DNA of 64,000 bases from Moniliella sp. 'wahieum' (lineage: Eukaryota), in contig RSEE01000045.1 in NCBI GenBank assembly GCA_003971905.1, positions 124,001-188,000 of the forward strand, given 5' to 3'. Position 1 is the stretch's first letter. Each line of letters starts with the position of its first letter. Positions 23,032 through 35,701 of the stretch are shown here, in pieces. The notes beneath the pieces were generated by a model. It searched no databases. It was not told the DNA's origin and saw nothing but the letters and a program-made list of their open reading frames with translations. The position numbers and the translations under genes were made by a program.

Positions 23032-25194
23032 AATAGAATCTGAAGATACGGGGGCCCCGGTCAGTCGCTGGAGCAAACAGGGGATGCGACCGTTGTGTAC
23101 GCACAGATAGAAAGAAGCGGTGGAGAGAGATGGGGAGCAAGGCTGTTGGTCCATGGAGGGCTATATAAAGGCGGCGCATTGGGGGGTGCCAGCAGGATTG
23201 ATTCAGATAGTATAGCAGCGAACCGAAGAGGATGGAAATATGGTTCAGATCGTCACAGCCTGGAAACGACCCACACACTCACCTCCCGCCGCAACGCCTC
23301 CAGCCAGGGCCTCAGCGACTGAGGGCCTCAGAGCTGAGTCTCGGCGCTCAGCCCACCCACCAATTGGCAACCCACATCACGCGCACGCGGGATGCATCAG
23401 TTGCATCAGGCATGGTGCACATGCATCGATCACCGAGCGGCCCCGCCATTCATCGATCAATCGATCATTCTGCTTTGCTCTTGCCCGGAAGGTCAAGCTC
23501 AAGGGCTTCGAAGCGGTTGTCACACAAACTTGAAGCGACTCGCCCCTGTAGGGCGTTCCAACGGGCCCCGCGCAACACCGCGGCACCAACTTTGTCTGAA
23601 CGCGCGAACCCTGCCAACCCCCTCCCACAGCGCACTGGCTCTTGCCATAGCAGGTCGTTAGTAGCTCTCGTCACGCGTTCGACGCCTCTGGCCTGAAGCC
23701 ACGGCTAGTAGCTGGCGTAGCTTGGCGTAGCAGCTGCTCGCCGTACTCCTCAGTACTGACTGTGAGGCCTGAGGCATACTGGGCCGAACGACGGACTCCA
23801 TGGAAAGGATGGCGTTTGGCGCTGACGCTGATGTTTGAGGTTGGAGGCGGCGCCTGTGGGACCTGAGGCCTGTCTGATGCCTGAGGTCAGGGCCTTGCGG
23901 CACACGACACCCCTCTCGACGATCAATTGTGGGCACATGCGACCCACGACACCACGGGGGCGAAGTATTGCAAGGTACGGTCTGATGCATGATGGATGAT
24001 GGGCTGATTCAGGGTCTATTTGTATATGAGCGCTGGCTGAGCCGCTGAGCGTATGTGCATGACGTGCATGACGCATGTGCATGACCGAGTACCCAGATTC
24101 AGTGCGGAGTGTATTCCTGTGCTGGCAAGGCGTCGTCATCCGCAAGGTTTTGCTTCGGCTTCCACAGCCGCCGAGGGCCTATCACACGTATCACGAGCCT
24201 CCCGAGAACACCCTTGACCTTCGCTCCGCCCTTTTCAAATACCTAGTGCATCTCTCGGCGTCATCGGTTCGATTCGTCCCTGCGCCAGCTTAGTGAGGCT
24301 CAGCGGTTGAGACGTTCCCAGTATCTCTACGCCCGCCGCCAGCGCGTCCGCCAGCACGAGGAGCGCTGAAGCGCCGACAGCTGGAAGCTTGCAAAGGACG
24401 CTAGAAGGACTCGCTCCAAGTCGCGGCCTCTTCCGCGCCCTACATACGCGCTAAGCATAAAACGTCCACAAAATCTAAGATCTGTTTTTCCGTCGGGGAT
24501 GGTTGGCCGGTGCACCGAGGGTGAGCCTCAGCCTGATCGCTGAGGTTGAGAACCCGGAACGGGGAACGTGTTGGGCAATAGATGATGTCCATGGTGGATG
24601 ATGCCTTGGTGGGCAGGTCCAAGAAGAACATGGGGATAACGGCGACATGGGCCCCGAATAACGGCGATAGCTGGGGATAAGCGATAAGCGCCGTAAGCCA
24701 GACGCTTATGGGTGGCCGAGCCAGGCTCAGCGGCTGACTTCCAAATCAGCGCTGACGCTGACGTGTGACGCTTCTGGCGCTGAGCTCAGCCAGCAACCAG
24801 AAACCCTCCGCGGCGCTGAAGCATATCACGTGACGCACTCGACATGTGACATGTGACATGCATGCGACACGATGACGATGACCGATGACCGATGACCGAT
24901 GATCAATGACTTAATGACCGAAGACAAGACCCGGGAGCACCATCTCGATCAAAGCTTCAAGCATCGAGAGGATCGATCAGGATCTGGATCGACCCTCTTG
25001 AGCGTAGCACACATTCATCGTCAACAACACGCTCAACGGTTCAGCAGCCGTCTTGACCAGCTTCAAGCGATCCTCTTCCCTCGTCAACGGCCTTGATCCC
25101 TCCATGGTGCATGGTACGCATGAGGGAGATGAGCACAAAAGCAATAATTCGAAGACGTGTGGCCCGTGCTGGCGAGGGAGCGGGGCTGGGTATA

Positions 25195-26262
25195 CTATAC
25201 GAATGTTAATAAGCGCTTAATCTCCAGGCAATATAAGTCCAAGCAGACGTTGGCAGGTCGGGCATGATGGCTATGCAGACGACTATATGGCACACCAGGC
25301 GAAGAGTCCTCTCCGAACGAGGGAGGGAGATGGGCGGCGGATCTTTTGGTAGAGCCGGGAATAGGGGCGCGAACATCCTGCCACGGAAAAAACAAATAAA
25401 CAAACAGACAAATATGATTAGCCCATCCATACCAAGCGGAAACCATACATACCTCCTCCTCCTCCTCCTCCTCCTCCTCCTCTCCTCCTCCTCCTCTCCT
25501 CTCCTCCTCGGTCAGGGGCTCATCAGCGTAGTGAGGCATGGGCTCCCGCTCATGGTCGGGAGAGGGATCCCACCGGGGCGGGTTGGCGTCGCGCTCGTCA
25601 TAGTCGTCATCGTCGAGGTACGCATCAGAGCGCATGTTGGACGCAGTATGAACGGGCTCCGGCGAAGGGGAGCGGCGGCCAGGTGGAGAGGCTGTGAAGG
25701 AGGTGTCGTCATCGTAGGCGTCCTGGTGCCTGCCTGGGGCCGATGTGATGGGCTGGGCGGCAAGAGCCGAGGCGTGGCGGGCTGCGCGCCGGGCAATGAC
25801 GGAGTTGGAGCGCGAGGGGGAGCGGGGGACGGGTGCACCGAGCCTGCTGTTGCTCATGCGGCGGGCAGTGCGGGACGGGAGAGAGTCTTGGTCGCCGTCG
25901 CGGCTGCTTGCGTTGGCGTTGGCATGCGGAGAGTAGGGGTCGAGGGGCGGGGGCGGTGGTGGAGAAGGAGCGGCGGGCGCGGCGGAGTCGATGGGTAACC
26001 CGAGGCGTCGACATGTCGAGAGGGAGCGAGGGCGGCTGGTAGGGGTTGGGGGCTGGGCTGGGAGCGCTGGGCGGAGGCGGTGCTGTGTCGCGTCGCCAAA
26101 GTCGATGAGGCGGGCGGAGTGGGCGGGGGGACGGGGGCTGGGCGGGCGGCGGGAGCGGACGAGGGGGGTGGGGATGTGGGCGGGGCTGTGGCTGTGGCTG
26201 GGGCCGTGGCCAGAGGCGCGCGGGGCGGCGCGGCGGTAGTACCCGTCGTGGCCGATGGGCAT
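25195..26262 (-). pseudogene. 5' fragment of the PX-associated gene fused across the amplification junction (copy 2)
   Basis: Same N-terminal exon and intron as 20140-21107, then runs into PYSRLHSHHARPANVCLDLYCLEIKRLLTFV* from the neighbouring unit. Confidence 0.75.
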
Positions 26263-27142
26263 GGCGGGCAGGGAGGAGGTGGTGGGGGGCGAGGAGCGGG
26301 AAGGAAGAATGCCGGTCGCCTCCTGGCTGTGCTTCGCCCCGCACGCGCTGCTGCGGCCGCCTGCCCACAGCCGCCCTCCCCACATGCCCCGCCCACACAG
26401 GCCCCGTGCCGCCCCCGGGCGTGTCACGTGCGGGTGCTGCCGCTGATGCACGTGGGATGCGTGATGGTCGCATGTCCCCGTCACGCGTCAATGCAATCCA
26501 AACACCGCACGCTGTTTCTTTCAATCCAGCATTCTGCCCGCCTCGCCGACGTGTTCATCTGCCGCCTGCGCCACGCAGGCCACGCAGCACAAATTACCCA
26601 CTGTTTCTCCTTCGCTCGCCCCCCCTCCATTCCCGGTGGTCCTCCCCCTTGCCTCCTCTGGCCCCCCGACGCTCCTCAGCTCCATCGAGCCCCATTTCTT
26701 CTGCCCATCCGCTGCAGCGACCGGCCGTGGGCGAGCAGTGCTGTCTACTATTCCTTTTGCTTCACTGCTGTTTGGCTATCATGCCCCGCCTGGGGACATC
26801 GCTTTTGCAACGGGAGCCATTGATACAATAGCCTCCCAAGCAAGCTGCTGGCGTGCACGCACACAAAGCACCCTTTTCATAGCTCACTGCTTCCTCTCAA
26901 ATCCCCTCCCTCGTTTGTTCGACTTCATGGACCCTTGTATCCATCCTCACCAAAGGAGTTGCTCTCGGCACTTGACACTGGCGAACGTCCCACAGCACCA
27001 AAAAAACTGAGAAACCCGAGCGGTGTTCCATACTACTCCCAAGCACACGTGAGAATAAAAAAAAAAGTACATTGGACGGTTATGGAATCTGACGGTCGAC
27101 GTTACCAACAACTGATACGTTCCCGCTTGAACAAAACATAGG

Positions 27143-28188
27143 TTAAAGAGTAGCCGTGTCAAACACAAAGCGGTACTTGACGTCGCTCTTGTACAGCCGG
27201 TCCCACGTGGTTGATGTCCTTAAAGCTGACCAGCTCGTAGGTGGCCACAATGTTGTGCTCCCCGCAAAAGTCGAGCATTTCTTGCGTCTCCTTGATTCCG
27301 CCAATGGCCGAGCCGGCCAGATGCGGTTGCCAAAGACGAGCGGGGCGGTGTTGAGGTTGGTAGGGCCAATGTGGCCCACCACGGCCATCACACCGTAAGG
27401 CTTCAGCAACGACAGGTACGGCCCAAAGTCGTGGTCGACACTGATCGTGTCAATCACAATGTCGTAGGAAGAGGCGGCGGCTTGGAATTGCGTGGCATCG
27501 GTGGTGATCAAAAACTTGTCCACACCCAGCTCCTTGGCCTCTTGCGCCTTGCTCATCGAACGCGAGGACAGAGAAACTTCAGCACCCATGGCCTTAGCCA
27601 ACTTGATCGCCATGTGCCCAGGCCACCCAGCCCGGCCACCAACACCTTCTTGCCCGGACCGGCACCGAAGCGCTTCAAGGGCGAGTAGGTGGTGATACCA
27701 GCGCAAAGCAGAGGTGCTGCCCCAGCAGGGTCAAGTTCTCGGGCACCTTGAGCACAAACTTGCCGTCGACCACGATGCTCTTGGAGTACCCGCCATACGT
27801 CAGAGATCCATCAATCTTGTCGTGGCTAGCGTAGGTGAGCACGGGGCCCTTGACGCAATGAATCTCGTCCCCTTCTTGGCAAAACGCACAGGGCTCGCTA
27901 TCCGTTACACAGCCCGATTGGACCATGCATCCAACACCGACCAACTCGCCCGCCTTGAACTTGGGGTCCTTCGACTCGGCCACGCCCCAATAATCTCGTG
28001 CCCGGGCACCAGAGGGAACGGAGTAGGACCCCAGTCGCAGTCGCGCGAGTGCGTGTCCGACATGCAGTACCCACAGTGAGAAATGGCAATCGATACGTCC
28101 CGTCCCGAAGGTCGCGGCGCTCAATCTTGCCGGGGCCAAGGGGACCCTTGGGCTCCAGTGCTTGATACACGTCGACAGTGGTAGGCAT
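27143..28188 (-). CDS. NADP-dependent zinc alcohol dehydrogenase, copy 2 (frameshifts are probably sequencing errors)
   Basis: Near-identical to 21980-23031; this copy shows the C-terminus [15 protein letters not shown]. Confidence 0.88.
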
Positions 28189-30345
28189 AATAGAATCTGA
28201 AGATACGGGGGCCCCCGGTCAGTCGCTGGAGCAAACAGGGGATGCGACCGTTGTGTACGCACAGATAGAAAGAAGCGGTGGAGAGAGATGGGGAGCAAGG
28301 CTGTTGGTCCATGGAGGGCTATATAAAGGCGGCGCATTGGGGGGTGCCAGCAGGATTGATTCAGATAGTATAGCAGCGAACCGAAGATGTGGAAATAGGT
28401 TCAGATCGTCACAGCCTGGAAACGACCCACACACTCACCTCCCGCCGCAACGCCTCCAGCCAGGGCCTCAGCGACTGAGGGCCTCAGAGCTGAGTCTCGG
28501 CGCTCAGCCCACCCACCAATTGGCAACCCACATCACGCGCACGCGGGATGCATCAGTTGCATCAGGCATGGTGCACATGCATCGATCACCGAGCGGCCCC
28601 GCCATTCATCGATCAATCGATCATTCTGCTTTGCTCTGCCCGGAAGGTCAAGCTCAAGGGCTTCGAAGCGGTTGTCACACAAACTTGAAGCGACTCGCCC
28701 CTGTAGGGCGTTCCAACGGGCCCCGCGCAACACCGCGGCACCAACTTGTCTGAACGCGCGAACCCTGCCAACCCCCTCCCACGCACTGGCTCTTGCCTAG
28801 CAGGTCGTTAGTAGCTCTCGTCACGCGTTCGACGCCTCTGGCCTGAAGCCACGGCTAGTAGCTGGCGTAGCTTGGCGTAGCAGCTGCTCGCCGTCTCCTC
28901 AGTACTGACTGTGAGGCCTGAGGCATACTGGGCCGAACGACGGACTCCATGGAAAGGATGGCGTTTGGCGCTGACGCTGATGTTTGAGGTTGGAGGCGGC
29001 GCCTGTGGGACCTGAGGCCTGTCTGATGCCTGAGGTCAGGGCCTTGCGGCACACGACAACCCCTCTCGACGATCAATTGTGGGCACATGCGACCCACGAC
29101 ACCACGGGGGCGAAGTATTGCAAGGTACGGTCTGATGCATGATGGATGATGGGCTGATTCAGGGTCTATTTGTATATGAGCGCTGGCTGAGCCGCTGAGC
29201 GTATGTGCATGACGTGCATGACGCATGTGCATGACCGAGTACCCAGATTCAGTGCGGAGTGTATTCCTGTGCTGGCAAGGCGTCGTCATCCGCAAGGTTT
29301 TGCTTCGGCTTCCACAGCCGCCGAGGGCCTATCACACGTATCACGAGCCTCCCGAGAACACCCTTGACCTTCGCTCCGCCCTTTTCAAATACCTAGTGCA
29401 TCTCGGCGTCATCGGTTCGATTCGTCCCTGCGCCAGTTAGTGAGGCTCAGCGGTTGAGACGTTCCCAGTATCTCTACGCCCGCCGCCAGCGCGTCCGCCA
29501 GCACGAGGAGCGTGAAGCGCCGACAGCTGGAAGCTTGCAAAGGACGCTAGAAGGACTCGCTCCAAGTCGCGGCCTCTTCCGCGCCCTACATACGCGCTAA
29601 GCATAAAACGTCCACAAAATCTAAGATCTGTTTTTCCGTCGGGATGGTTGGCCGGTGCACCGAGGGTGAGCCTCAGCCTGATCGCTGAGGTTGAGGTTGG
29701 AACCCGGAACGGGGAACGTGTTGGGCAATAGATGATGTCCATGGTGGATGATGCCTTGGTGGGCAGGTCCAAGAAGAACATGGGGATAACGGCGACATGG
29801 GCCCCGAATAACGGCGATAGCTGGGGATAAGCGATAAGCGCCGTAAGCCAGACGCTTATGGGTGGCCGAGCCAGGCTCAGCGGCTGACTTCCAAATCAGC
29901 GCTGACGCTGACGTGTGACGCTTCTGGCGCTGAGCTCAGCCAGCAACCAGAAACCCTCCGCGGCGCTGAAGCATATCACGTGACGCACTCGACATGTGAC
30001 ATGTGACATGCATGCGACACGATGACGATGACCGATGACCGATGACCGATGATCAATGACTTAATGACCGAAGAAGACAGACCCGGGAGCACCATCTCGA
30101 TCAAAGCTTCAAGCATCGAGAGGATCGATCAGGATCTGGATCGACCCTCTTGAGCGTAGCACACATTCATCGTCAACAACACGCTCAACGGTTCAGCAGC
30201 CGTCTTGACCAGCTTCAAGCGATCCTCTTCCCTCGTCAACGGCCTTGATCCCTCCATGGTGCATGGTACGCATGAGGGAGATGAGCACAAAAGCAATAAT
30301 TCGAAGACGTGTGGCCCGTGCTGGCGAGGGAGCGGGGCTGGGTAT

Positions 30346-31417
30346 ATATACGAATGTTAATAAGCGCTTAATCTCCAGGCAATATAAGTCCAAGCAGACG
30401 TTGGCAGGTCGGGCATGATGGCTATGCAGACGACTATATGGCACACCAGGCGAAGAGTCCTCTCCGAACGGGGAGGGAGATGGGCGGCGGATTTTTTTGG
30501 TAGAGCCGGGAATAGGGGCGCGAACATCTGCCACGGAAAAAACAAATAAACAAACAGACAAATGATGTTAGCCCAATCCATACCAAGCGGGAAACCATAC
30601 ATACCTCCTCTCCTCCTTCCCTCCTCATCCTCCTCCTCCTCTTCCTCCTCCTCCTCGGTCAGGGGCTCATCAGCGTAGTGAGGCATGGGCTCCCGCTCAT
30701 GGTCGGGAGAGGGATCCCACCGGGGCGGGTTGGCGTCGCGCTCGTCATAGTCGTCATCGTCGAGGTACGCATCAGAGCGCATGTTGGACGCAGTAGTATG
30801 AACGGGCTCCGGCGAAGGGGGAGCGGCGGCCAGGTGGAGAGGCTGTGAAGGAGGTGTCGTCATCGTAGGCGTCCTGGTGCCTGCCTGGGGCCGATGTGAT
30901 GGGCTGGGCGGCAAGAGCCGAGGCGTGGCGGCTGCGCGCCGGGCAATGACGGAGTTGGAGCGCGAGAGGGGAGGGGACGGACGGGTTGCACCGAGCTGCT
31001 GTTGCTCATGCGGCGGGCAGTGCGGGAGGGAGAGAGTCTTGGTCGCCGTCGCGGCTGCTTGCGTTGGGCGTTGGCATGCGGAGAGTAGGGGTCGAGGGGG
31101 CGGGGGCGGGTGGTGGGAGAAGGAGCGGGCGGGCGGGCGGAGTCGGATGGGTAACCGAGGCGTCGACATGTCGAGGGAGCGGGGCGGCCTGGTAGGGGTT
31201 GGGGGCGCTGGGTGGGAGCGCTGGGCGGAGGCGGTGCTGTCGTCGTCGCCAAAGTCGATGAGGCGGGCGGAGTGGAGGGGGGGGACGGGGGCTGGGCGGG
31301 CGGGCGGGAGCGGACGAGGCGGGTGGGGGATGTGGGCGGGGCTGTGGCTGTGCTGGGGCCGTGGCCAGAGGCGCGCGGGGCGGCGCGGCGGTAGTACCCG
31401 TCGTGGCCGATGGGCAT
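30346..31417 (-). pseudogene. 5' fragment of the PX-associated gene fused across the amplification junction (copy 3)
   Basis: As for 25195-26262, with more indels. Confidence 0.7.
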
Positions 31418-32294
31418 GGCGGGCAGGGAGGAGGGGTGGTGGGGGGCGAGGAGCGGGAAGAAGAAGAATGCGGTCGCCTCTGGCTGTGCTTCGCCCCGCA
31501 CGCGTGCTGCGGCCGCCTGCCCACAGACGCCCTCCCCACATCCCCCGCCCCACACAGGCCCGTGCCGCCCCCGGGCGTGTCACGTGCGGGTGCTGCCGCT
31601 GATGCACGTGGGATGCGTGATGGTCGCATGTCCCCGTCACGCGTCAATGCAATCCAAACACCGCACGCTGTTTCTTTCAATCCAGCATTCGCCCGCCTCG
31701 CCGACGTGTTCATCTGCCGCCTGCGCCACGCAGGCCACGCAGCACAAATTACCCACTGTTTCTCCTTCGCTCGCCCCCCCTCCATTCCCGGTGGTCCTCC
31801 CCCTTGCCTCCTCTGGGCCCCCCGACGCTCCTCAGCTCCATCGAGCCCATTTCTTCTGCCATCCGCTGCAGCGACCGGCCGTGGGCGAGCAGTGCTGTCT
31901 ACTATTCCTTTTGCTTCACTGCTGTTGGCTATCATGCCCCGCCTGGGGACATCGCTTTTGCAACGGGAGCCATTGATACAATAGCTCCCAAGCAAGCTGC
32001 TGGCGTGCACGCACACAAAGCACCCTTTATCATAGCTCACTGCTTCCTCTCAAATCCCCTCCCTCGTTTGTTCGACTTCATGGACCCTTGTATCCATCCT
32101 CACCAAAGGAGTTGCTCTCGGCACTTGACACTGGCGAACGTCCCACAGCACCAAAAAACTAAAGAAACGAGCGGTGTTCCATACTACTCCCAAGCACACG
32201 TGAGAATAAAAAAAAAAGTACATTGGACGGTTATGGAATCTGACGGTCGACGTTACCAACAATGATACGTTCCCGCTTGAACAAAAAACATAGG

Positions 32295-33331
32295 TTAAAG
32301 AGTAGCCGTGTCAAACACAAAGCGGTACTTGACGCGCTCTGTGTACAGCCGGCCCACACGTGGTTGATGTCCTTAAAGCTGACCAGCTCGTAGGTGGCCA
32401 CAATGTGTGCTCCCCGCAAAAGTCGAGCATTTCTTGCGTCTCCTTGATTCCGCCAATGGCCGAGCCGGCCAGGATGCGGTTGCCAAAGACGAGCGGGGCG
32501 GTGTTGAGGTGGTAGGGCCAATGTGGCCCACCACGGCCATCACACCGTAAGGCTTCAGCAACGACAGGTACGGCCCAAAGTCGTGGTCGACACTGATCGT
32601 GTCAATCACAATGTCGTAGGAAAGAGGCGGGCGGCTTGGAATTGCGTGGCATCGGTGGTGATCAAAAACTTGTCCACACCCAGTCCTTGGCCTCTTGCGC
32701 CTTGCTCATCGAACGCGAGGACAGAGAAACTTCAGCACCCAGGCCTTAGCCAACTTGATCGCCATGTGGCCCAGGCCACCCAGCCCGGCCACCAACACCT
32801 TCTGCCGGACCGGCACCGAAGCGCTTCAAGGGCGAGTAGGTGGTGATACCAGCGCAAAGCAGAGGTGCTGCCCAGCAGGGTCAAGGTTCTCGGGCACCTG
32901 AGCACAAACTTGCCGTCGACCACGATGCTTGAGACCCGCCATACGTCAGAGATCCATCAATTGTCGTGGCTAGCGTAGGTGAGCAGGGGCCTTGACGCAA
33001 TGAATCTCGTCCCCTTCTTGGCAAAACGCACAGGGCTCGCTATCCGTTACACAGCCCGATTGGACCATGCATCCAACACCGACCAACTCGCCCGCCTTGA
33101 AACTTGGGGTCCTTCGACTCGGCCACCCGCCAATAATCTCGTGCCCGGGCCACCAGAGGGAACGGTAGGACCAGTAGCCCCAGTCGAGCGCGAGTGCGTG
33201 CCGACATGCAGTACCCACAGTGAGAAATGGCAATCGATAGTCCCCGTCCCGAAGGTCGCGGCGCTCAATCTTGCCGGGGCCAAGGGGACCCTTGGGCTCC
33301 AGTGCTTGATACACGTCGACAGTGGTAGGCT
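32295..33331 (-). CDS. NADP-dependent zinc alcohol dehydrogenase, copy 3 (many indels; ATG missing one base)
   Basis: Colinear with copy 1 along its whole length. Confidence 0.8.
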
Positions 33332-35701
33332 AATAGAATCTGAAGATACGGGGGCCCCGGTCAGTCGCTGGAGCAAAACAGGGGATGCGACCGTTGTGTA
33401 CGCACAGATAGAAAGAAGCGGTGGAGGAGAGAGATGGGGAGCAAGGCTGTTGGTCCATGGAGGGCTATATAAAGGCGGCGCATTGGGGGTTGCCAGCAGG
33501 ATTGATTCAGATAGTATAGCAGCGAACGAAGAGGATGGAAATATGGTTCAGATCGTCACAGCTGAAACGACCCACACACTCACCTCCCCCGCAACGCCTC
33601 CAGCCAGGGCCTCAGCGACTGAGGGCCTCAGGCTGAGTCTCGGCGCTCAGCCCACCCACAATTGGCAACCCACATCACGCGCACGCGGGATGCATCAGTT
33701 GCATCAGGCATGGTGCACATGCATCGATCACGAGGGCCCCGCCATTCATCGATCAATCGATCATTCTGCTTTGCTCTTGCCCGGAAGGTCAAGCTCAAGG
33801 GCTTCGAAGCGGTTGTCACACAAACTTGAAGCGACTCGCCCCTGTAGGGCGTTCCAACGGGCCCCGCGCAACACCGCGGCACCAACTTTGTCTGAACGCG
33901 CGAACCCTGCCAACCCCCTCCCACAGCGCACTGGCTCTTGCCATAGCAGGTCGTTAGTAGCTCTCGTCACGCGTTCGACGCCTCTGGCCTGAAGCCACGG
34001 CTAGTAGCTGGCGTAGCTTGGCGTAGCAGCTGCTCGCCGTACTCCTCAGTACTGACTGTGAGGCCTGAGCATACTGGGCCGAACGACGGACTCCATGGAA
34101 AGGATGGCGTTTGGCGCTGACGCTGATGTTTGAGGTTGGAGGCGGCGCCTGTGGGACCTGAGGCCTGTCTGATGCCTGAGGTCAGGGCCTTGCGGCACAC
34201 GACACCCCTCTCGACGATCAATTGTGGGCACATGCGACCCACGACACCACGGGGGCGAAGTATTGCAAGGTACGGTCTGATGCATGATGGATGATGGGCT
34301 GATTCAGGGTCTATTTGTATATGAGCGCTGGCTGAGCCGCTGAGCGTATGTGCATGACGTGCATGACGCATGTGCATGACCGAGTACCCAGATTCAGTGC
34401 GGAGTGTATTCCTGTGCTGGCAAGGCGTCGTCATCCGCAAGGTTTTGCTTCGGCTTCTTCCACAGCCGCCGAGGGCCTATCACACGTATCACGAGCCTCC
34501 CGAGAACACCCTTGACCTTCGCTCCGCCCTTTTCAAATACCTAGTGCATCTCTCGGCGTCATCGGTTCGATTCGTCCCTGCGCCAGCTTAGTGAGGCTCA
34601 GCGGTTGAGACGTTCCCAGTATCTCTACGCCCGCCGCCAGCGCGTCCGCCAGCACGAGGAGCGCTGAAGCGCCGACAGCTGGAAGCTTGCAAAGGACGCT
34701 AGAAGGACTCGCTCCAAGTCGCGGCCTCTTCCGCGCCCTACATACGCGCTAAGCATAAAACGTCCACAAAATCTAAGATCTGTTTTTCCGTCGGGGATGG
34801 TTGGCCGGTGCACCGAGGGTGAGCCTCAGCCTGATCGCTGAGGTTGAGAACCCGGAACGGGGAACGTGTTGGGCAATAGATGATGTCCATGGTGGATGAT
34901 GCCTTGGTGGGCAGGTCCAAGAAGAACATGGGGATAACGGCGACATGGGCCCCGAATAACGGCGATAGCTGGGGATAAGCGATAAGCGCCGTAAGCCAGA
35001 CGCTTATGGGTGGCCGAGCCAGGCTCAGCGGCTGACTTCCAAATCAGCGCTGACGCTGACGTGTGACGCTTCTGGCGCTGAGCTCAGCCAGCAACCAGAA
35101 ACCCTCCGCGGCGCTGAAGCATATCACGTGACGCACTCGACATGTGACATGTGACATGCATGCGACACGATGACGATGACCGATGACCGATGACCGATGA
35201 TCAATGACTTAATGACCGAAGACAAGACCCGGGAGCACCATCTCGATCAAAGCTTCAAGCATCGAGAGGATCGATCAGGATCTGGATCGACCCTCTTGAG
35301 CGTAGCACACATTCATCGTCAACAACACGCTCAACGGTTCAGCAGCCGTCTTGACCAGCTTCAAGCGATCCTCTTCCCTCGTCAACGGCCTTGATCCCTC
35401 CATGGTGCATGGTACGCATGAGGGAGATGAGCACAAAAGCAATAATTCGAAGACGTGTGGCCCGTGCTGGCGAGGGAGCGGGGCTGGGTATACTATACGA
35501 ATGTTAATAAGCGCTTAATCTCCAGGCAATATAAGTCCAAGCAGACGTTGGCAGGTCGGGCATGATGGCTATGCAGACGACTATATGGGCGCGGGGCGAC
35601 CGGGTGGGAACCACGGACGCAGAGGCCCTCGAATCCGTGCACACACTCTTCGTGGCAAGCTTGGTAGCTAGACATCCATTGCAATGCAATCCTAGCTACT
35701 C

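Larger units (their letters stand above)
20140..35590. repeat. Head-to-tail tandem triplication of a ~5.15-kb unit (20140-25287, 25288-30438, 30439-35590)
   Basis: Three colinear copies differing almost only by 1-3-bp indels. Both internal junctions read GACTATATGGCACACC. The outer boundaries share TGGGC (gcagTGGGCacacc / ctataTGGGCgcgg). Confidence 0.95.
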
